Source: the human T2T-CHM13v2.0 reference genome, Homo sapiens
Length of the DNA stretch: 64,000 nt
Direction: 5' to 3' (one strand)
Assembly (NCBI RefSeq): GCF_009914755.1
Contig: NC_060943.1
Part shown: one piece after another, positions 50,436-64,000 of the stretch
How positions within the stretch are numbered: the stretch's first letter is position 1
Layout of the letters: each line of letters starts with the position of its first letter
Notes under the pieces: generated by a model
The model's input: only the letters and a program-made list of their open reading frames with translations
The model's database searches: none
What the model was told of the DNA's origin: nothing
Made by a program: the position numbers and the translations under genes

Positions 50436-50715
50436 TCAAAAAAAAAAAAAAAAAAATCAGGCTGAGGCAGGTGGTTTGCCTGAGCTCAGGAGTTTGAGAC
50501 CAGCCTGGGCAACACGGTGAAACCCCATCTCTATTAAAATACAAAAAATTAGCTGGGCGTGGCAGCGTGTGCCTGTAATCCCAGCTATTCAGGAGGCTGA
50601 GACAGGAGAATTGCTAGAACCCAGGAGGCGGAGGTTGCTTGTGAGCCGAGATCGTGCCACTGCACTCCAGCCTGGGTGACAGAGCGAGACTCCATCTCTA
50701 AAAGAAAAAAAGAAA

Positions 50716-51290
50716 ATGAAAAGAACAATAAAATCACTCAGGAGAAAAAGAAGGCACGGCATAGGAATGGAAGGAGGACAACCTGTAGGTCCTACAGATG
50801 CGAAAAGGAGAAGAGAATACGATAAACAACGTGCCACACAGAAATTCACTCATTTGAAATGGAAAAAATTATTGAAAGACACTAGCTACCCAAAGCTCAT
50901 TCAGGAAGAAATAGATAACCGGAACAACTCTATTAAGGAAATGTAATTCATAGTTAACAAAGAGAACAGGCTCAGATGGGCTCCCTGGTGACGTCTACCA
51001 AACATGGAAATGATACTCGCCCACACCCACTTGGCCACAGCATAGGGGAGGACGCCTCCTGACTGATGTTATGAGGTCAGCATTATCCTGCTGCTAAAAG
51101 CAGGCTATGACAATGCAAGAAAAGAAAACTCTAAGCCTTATGAACATAGACAAAAACCCTAAATAGGAGTTCAGCACATCATATTTAGCAATATATAAAT
51201 ACAGTACATCATGGCCAACTGGGGCTTATTCTAGGAATGGAAGGTTGATTTAACATTTGAAAATCAATCTGATTCACCATATTAGAAACA
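50716..51290 (+). mobile_element. Old L1 ORF2 fragment
   Basis: A-rich; translates as KLIQEEIDN.N..IKE; also ggaatggaaggttgatttaacatttgaaaatcaat, typical of L1 ORF2. Confidence 0.75.
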
Positions 51291-51367
51291 GAAAAAAAAA
51301 AAAAGGTTGGGCATGGTGGTTCATGCCTGTAATTCCAGCACTTTGGGAGGCCGATAAGGGTGGATCA

Positions 51368-60170
<8,803 letters not shown>

Positions 60171-60285
60171 CTCCCACTGTAAGTTCTGACCTAGGAGGAG
60201 CGCGATCGCAACACAACAATGCCGTGGACACAGACACGGTTGATAGAGACCAGCTTGTCACACAATCCCAACCCTAGTTCAGTCT

Positions 60286-60728
60286 TGTCAGGCCTCTGAG
60301 CCCAAGTCAAGCCATCACATCCCCTGTGACTTGCACGTATACGCCCAGGTGGCCTGAAGTAACTGAAGAATCACACAACAAGTGAATATGCCCTGCCCCA
60401 CCTTAACTGATGACATTCCACCACAAAAGAATTGAAAATAGCTTGTTCCTGCCTTAACTGATGACACTATCTTGTGAAATTCCTTCTCCTGGCTCATCCT
60501 GGCTCAAAAGCTCCCCTACTGAGCACCTTGTGACCCCCCACTCCTGCCCGCCAGAGAACAACCCCCCTTTTTCCTTTACCTACCCAAATCCTATAAAACG
60601 GCCCCACCCTTATCTCCCTTCACTGACTCTCTTTTCCGACTCAGCCCTCCTGCACCCAGGTGAAATAAACATCTTTATTGCTCACACAAAGCCTGTTTGG
60701 TGGTCTCTTCACATGGACGCGCATAAAA
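60286..60728 (+). mobile_element. HERV-H 5' LTR (LTR7)
   Basis: Starts TGTCAGGCCTCTGAGCCCAAG; two CCTTAACTGATGACA U3 repeats; TATAAAA 60592-60598; AATAAA 60664-60669; ends GGACGCGCATAAAA. Confidence 0.95.
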
Positions 60729-60730
60729 TT

Positions 60731-60748
60731 TGGTACCATGACTCGGAT
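60731..60748 (+). other. tRNA-His primer binding site (2 mismatches)
   Basis: TGGTACCATGACTCGGAT versus TGGTGCCGTGACTCGGAT, directly after the LTR. Confidence 0.9.
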
Positions 60749-61388
60749 CAGGGGACCTCCCTTGGGAGATCAATCCCCTGTCTTCCTGCTCTTTGCTCCG
60801 TGAGAAAAGATCCACCTGTGACCTCAGGTCCTCAGACCCACCAGCCCAAGAAACATTTCACCAATTTCAAATCCGGTAAGCGGCCTCTTTTTACTCTCTT
60901 CTCCAACCTCCCTCACTATCCCTCAACCTCTTTCTCCTTTCAATCTTGGCACCACACTTCAATCTCTCCCTTCTCTTAATTTCAATTCCTTTCATTTTCT
61001 GGTAGAGACAAAGGAGACACGTTTTATCTGTGGACCCAAAACTCCGGTGCCGGTCACGGACTGGGAAGGCAGCCTTCCCTTGGTGTTTAATCATTGCAGG
61101 GACACCTCTCTGATTATTCACCCAGGTTTCAGAGGTGTCAGACCGCGCAGGGATGCCTGCCTTGGTCTTTCACCCTTAGCGGCAAGTCCCGCTTTTCTGG
61201 GGGAGGGGCAAGTACCCCAACCCCTTCTGTGTCTCTACCCCTTCTCCACCTTTTCTAGGGGGCAAGAACCCCCAATCCCTTATTTCCACATCCCGACCCC
61301 TTTCCCACTTTTCTGGAGGGTAAGAACCCCCGAACCCCTTCCCTCCGTGTCTCTATGCTCTCTTTTCTCTGGGCTTGCCTCCTTCACT

Positions 61389-62965
61389 ATGGGCAACCTT
61401 CCACCCTCCATTCCTCCTTCTTCTCCCTTAGCCTGTGTTCTCAAGAACTTAAAACCTCTTCAACTCACACCTGACCTAAAACCTAAACCCCTTGTTTTCT
61501 TCTGCAACACCGCTTGGCCTCAATACAAACTGGGCAATGGCTCTAAATGGCCAGAAAACAGCACTTTCGATTTCTCCATCCTACAAGACCTAAATATTTT
61601 TTGTCAAAAAATGGGCAAATGGTCTGAGGTGCCTGACGTCCAGGTATTCTTTTACACATCGGTCCCTTTCTAGTCTCTGTTCCCAATGCAACTCGTCCCA
61701 AATCCTCCTTCTTTCCCTCCCGCCTGTCCCCTCAGTCCCAACCCCAAGCGTCGCTGAGTCTTTCCAGTCTTCCTTTTCTACAGACCCATCTGACCTCTCC
61801 CCTCCTCGCCAGGCCGAGCTAAGTCCCAATTCTTCCTCAGCCTCCGCTCCTCCACCCGATAATCCTTCTGTCGTCCTCACACCCAGGGTGTCCTCACACC
61901 CTGTCCAGCTTACAGTTTAGTTCCACGACTAGCTCTTCCCCACCTGCCCAACAATTTCCTCTTAGAGAGGTGGCTGGAGCTGAAGGCACAGTCAGGGTAC
62001 ATGTACGTTTTTCTCTATCAGACCTCTCTCAGGTGAGTCAGCGTTTAGGCTCTTTCTCATCAGACCCCACTAAACATATACAGGAATTCCGATATCTAAC
62101 TCTGTCCTACAACTTAACCTGGAGTGACTTAATATCATCCTGACTTCTGCCCTCTCCCCAGATGAGTGGGAAAGAGTTTTTCTCTAGCCCAATCTCACGC
62201 TGATAACCGCCGGCTTCATGAGCCAGACCTCCAGGAAGGCAGTAGAGCAGTTCCCCGAGAGGGTCCCCAATGGAACTATCAGGCAAATTCCCCAGGTATA
62301 GCTAGGTGAGATTACATGGTTTCCTACCTAGTTGAAGGGCTTAAAAAGGCAGCTTACAAAGCTGTTAATTATGACAAACTTAAAGAAACTACCCAAGGTA
62401 AAGAGGAAAACCCAGCCCAGTTCGTGGCCCACTTAGCAGCAACACTTAGACGCTATACCGCCCTAGACCCAGAAGGGCCAGAAGGCCGCCTTATTCTTAA
62501 TATGCATTTTATCACTCAGTCCACTCCTGACATTAGGAAAAAACTTCAAAAATTAGAATCTGGCCCTCAAACCCCACAACAGGAATTAAGCAACCTCGCC
62601 TTCAAGGTGTACAATAATAGAGAGGAAGCAGCCAGATGGCAACGCATTTCTGAGTTACAATTACTTGTCTCTGCTGTGAGACAAAACCCAGCCATACCTC
62701 CAGCTACAAGAACTTCAAAATGCCTAAGCAGCAGCAGTCAAGCATTCCTACAAGACTTCCTCCATCAGGATCTTGCTTCAAGTGCCAGAAATCTGGCCAC
62801 TGGGCCAAGGAATGCCCACAGCCCAGGATTCCTTCCAAGCCATGTCCCATCTGTGCAGGGACCCACTGGAAGGCAGACTGCCCAGCTCACCCAGGAGCCA
62901 CTCCTAGAGCCCCTAAAGCTCTGGCCCAAGGCTCTCTGACTGCTTCCCAGATCTTCTCGGCTTAG
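61389..62965 (+). pseudogene. gag: HERV-H gag remnant (frameshifts/stops)
   Basis: MGNLPPSIPPSSPLAC...FFCNTAWPQYKL (MA); QGKEENPAQF (MHR-like); zinc knuckles CFKCQKSGHWAKEC and CPICAGTHWKADC. Confidence 0.88.
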
Positions 62966-63029
62966 CGGCTGAAGACTGATGCTGCCCGATCGCCTCGGAA
63001 GCCCCCTAGACCATCACAGACGCCAAGCT

Positions 63030-63330
63030 TCATGCAACTCTCACAGTGGAAGGTAAGTCCGTCCCCTTCTTAATCAATATGGAGGCCACCCACTCCACAT
63101 TACCTTATTTTCAAGGGCCTGTTTCCCTTGCCACCATAACTGTTGTGGGTATTGACAGCCAGGCTTCTAAACCTCTTAAAACTCCCCAACTCTGGTGCCA
63201 ACTTAGACGATACTCTTTAAAGCACTCCTTTTAGTTATCCCCACCTGCCCAGTTCCCTTATTAGGCCGAGATATTTTAACCAAATTATCTGCTTCCCTGA
63301 CTGTTCCTGGACTACAGCTGCATCTCATTG
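63030..63330 (+). pseudogene. pro: HERV-H protease remnant
   Basis: FLINMEATHSTL (aspartyl DTG site altered), VVGID flap, and PLLGRDIL in another frame. Confidence 0.8.
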
Positions 63331-63434
63331 CCGCCCTTCTTCCCAACCCAAAGCCTCCTTCGCGTCTTCCTCTTGTGTCCCACCTTAACCCACAAGTATA
63401 AGATACCTCTACTCCTTCCCTGGCAACCGATCAC

Positions 63435-64000
63435 ATGCCCATCACCATCCCATTAAAACCTAATCACCCTTACCCCGCTCAACGCCAATATCCCATCCCA
63501 CAGCACGCTTTAAAAGGATTAAAGCCTGTTATCACTCTCCTGCTACAGCATGGCCTTTTAAAGCCTACAAACTCCCCTTACAATTCCCCCATTTCACCTG
63601 TCCTAAAACCAGACAAGCCTTACAGGTTAGTTCAGGATCTGTGCCTTATCAACCAAATTGTTTTGCCTATCCACCCCATGGTGCCAAACCCATATACTCT
63701 CCTATCCTCAATACCTCCCTCCACAACCCATTATTCTGGATCTCAAACATGCTTTCTTTACTCTTCCTTTGCACCCATCATCCCAGCCTCTCTTCGCTTT
63801 CACTTGGACTGACCCTGACACCCATCAGGCTCAGCAAACTACCTGGGCTGTACTGCCGCAAGGCTTCACAGACAGCCCCCATTACTTCAGTCAAGCCCAA
63901 ATTTCATCCTCATCTGTTACCTATCTCAGCATAATTATCATAAAAACACACGTGCTCTCCCTGCTGATCGTGTCCAATTAATCTCCCAAACCTCAATCCC
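63435..64000 (+). pseudogene. pol: HERV-H pol (RT) remnant
   Basis: QYPI...NSPYNSPI.PV.KPDK.YRLVQDL; LDLKHAFF; LPQGFTDSP; frameshifted and lacking YXDD. Confidence 0.88.

Larger units (their letters stand above)
60729..64000 (+). mobile_element. HERV-H internal region (leader, gag, pro, pol), truncated by window edge
   Basis: Major splice donor CCG|GTAAGC at 60876; C/T-rich leader; gag, pro and RT homology in broken frames. Confidence 0.93.

Noticed and set aside
61047-61673. 208-aa HERV-H pre-gag/gag ORF as an intact protein
   Set aside because: Non-ATG start, and it terminates early in gag after a frameshift; downstream gag is fragmented.

Overview
This is human (or great-ape) genomic DNA, GC-rich and very Alu-dense; the gene content matches the C5AR2-DHX34 locus (19q13.3 by recall). 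It holds (1) C5AR2 (C5L2/GPR77): a short non-coding exon near 4570-4627 and a single coding exon (CDS 8267-9280, 337 aa atypical GPCR); (2) the complete DHX34 gene on +: CpG-island promoter, non-coding exon 1 and 16 coding exons with GT-AG boundaries that add up to 3432 nt (1143 aa DExH helicase and NMD factor); (3) the 5' part of a HERV-H provirus (LTR7, His PBS, decayed gag/pro/pol) running off the right edge. The rest is Alu, L1, MIR/L2, MER and MaLR relics. No prokaryote-type system or CRISPR array is present. Best second-look items: an apparent multi-layer self-limiting design in DHX34 (four uORFs, a 75-nt poison exon, a candidate poison micro-exon, exons bracketed by inverted Alus); two local inverted duplications with uneven identity along the arms; a templated 21-nt capture at an Alu 5' junction; a convergent CTCF pair enclosing DHX34; and a duplicated C-terminal zinc-finger-like motif. 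All coordinates and counts were done by eye; repeat family names are from recalled consensus sequences.
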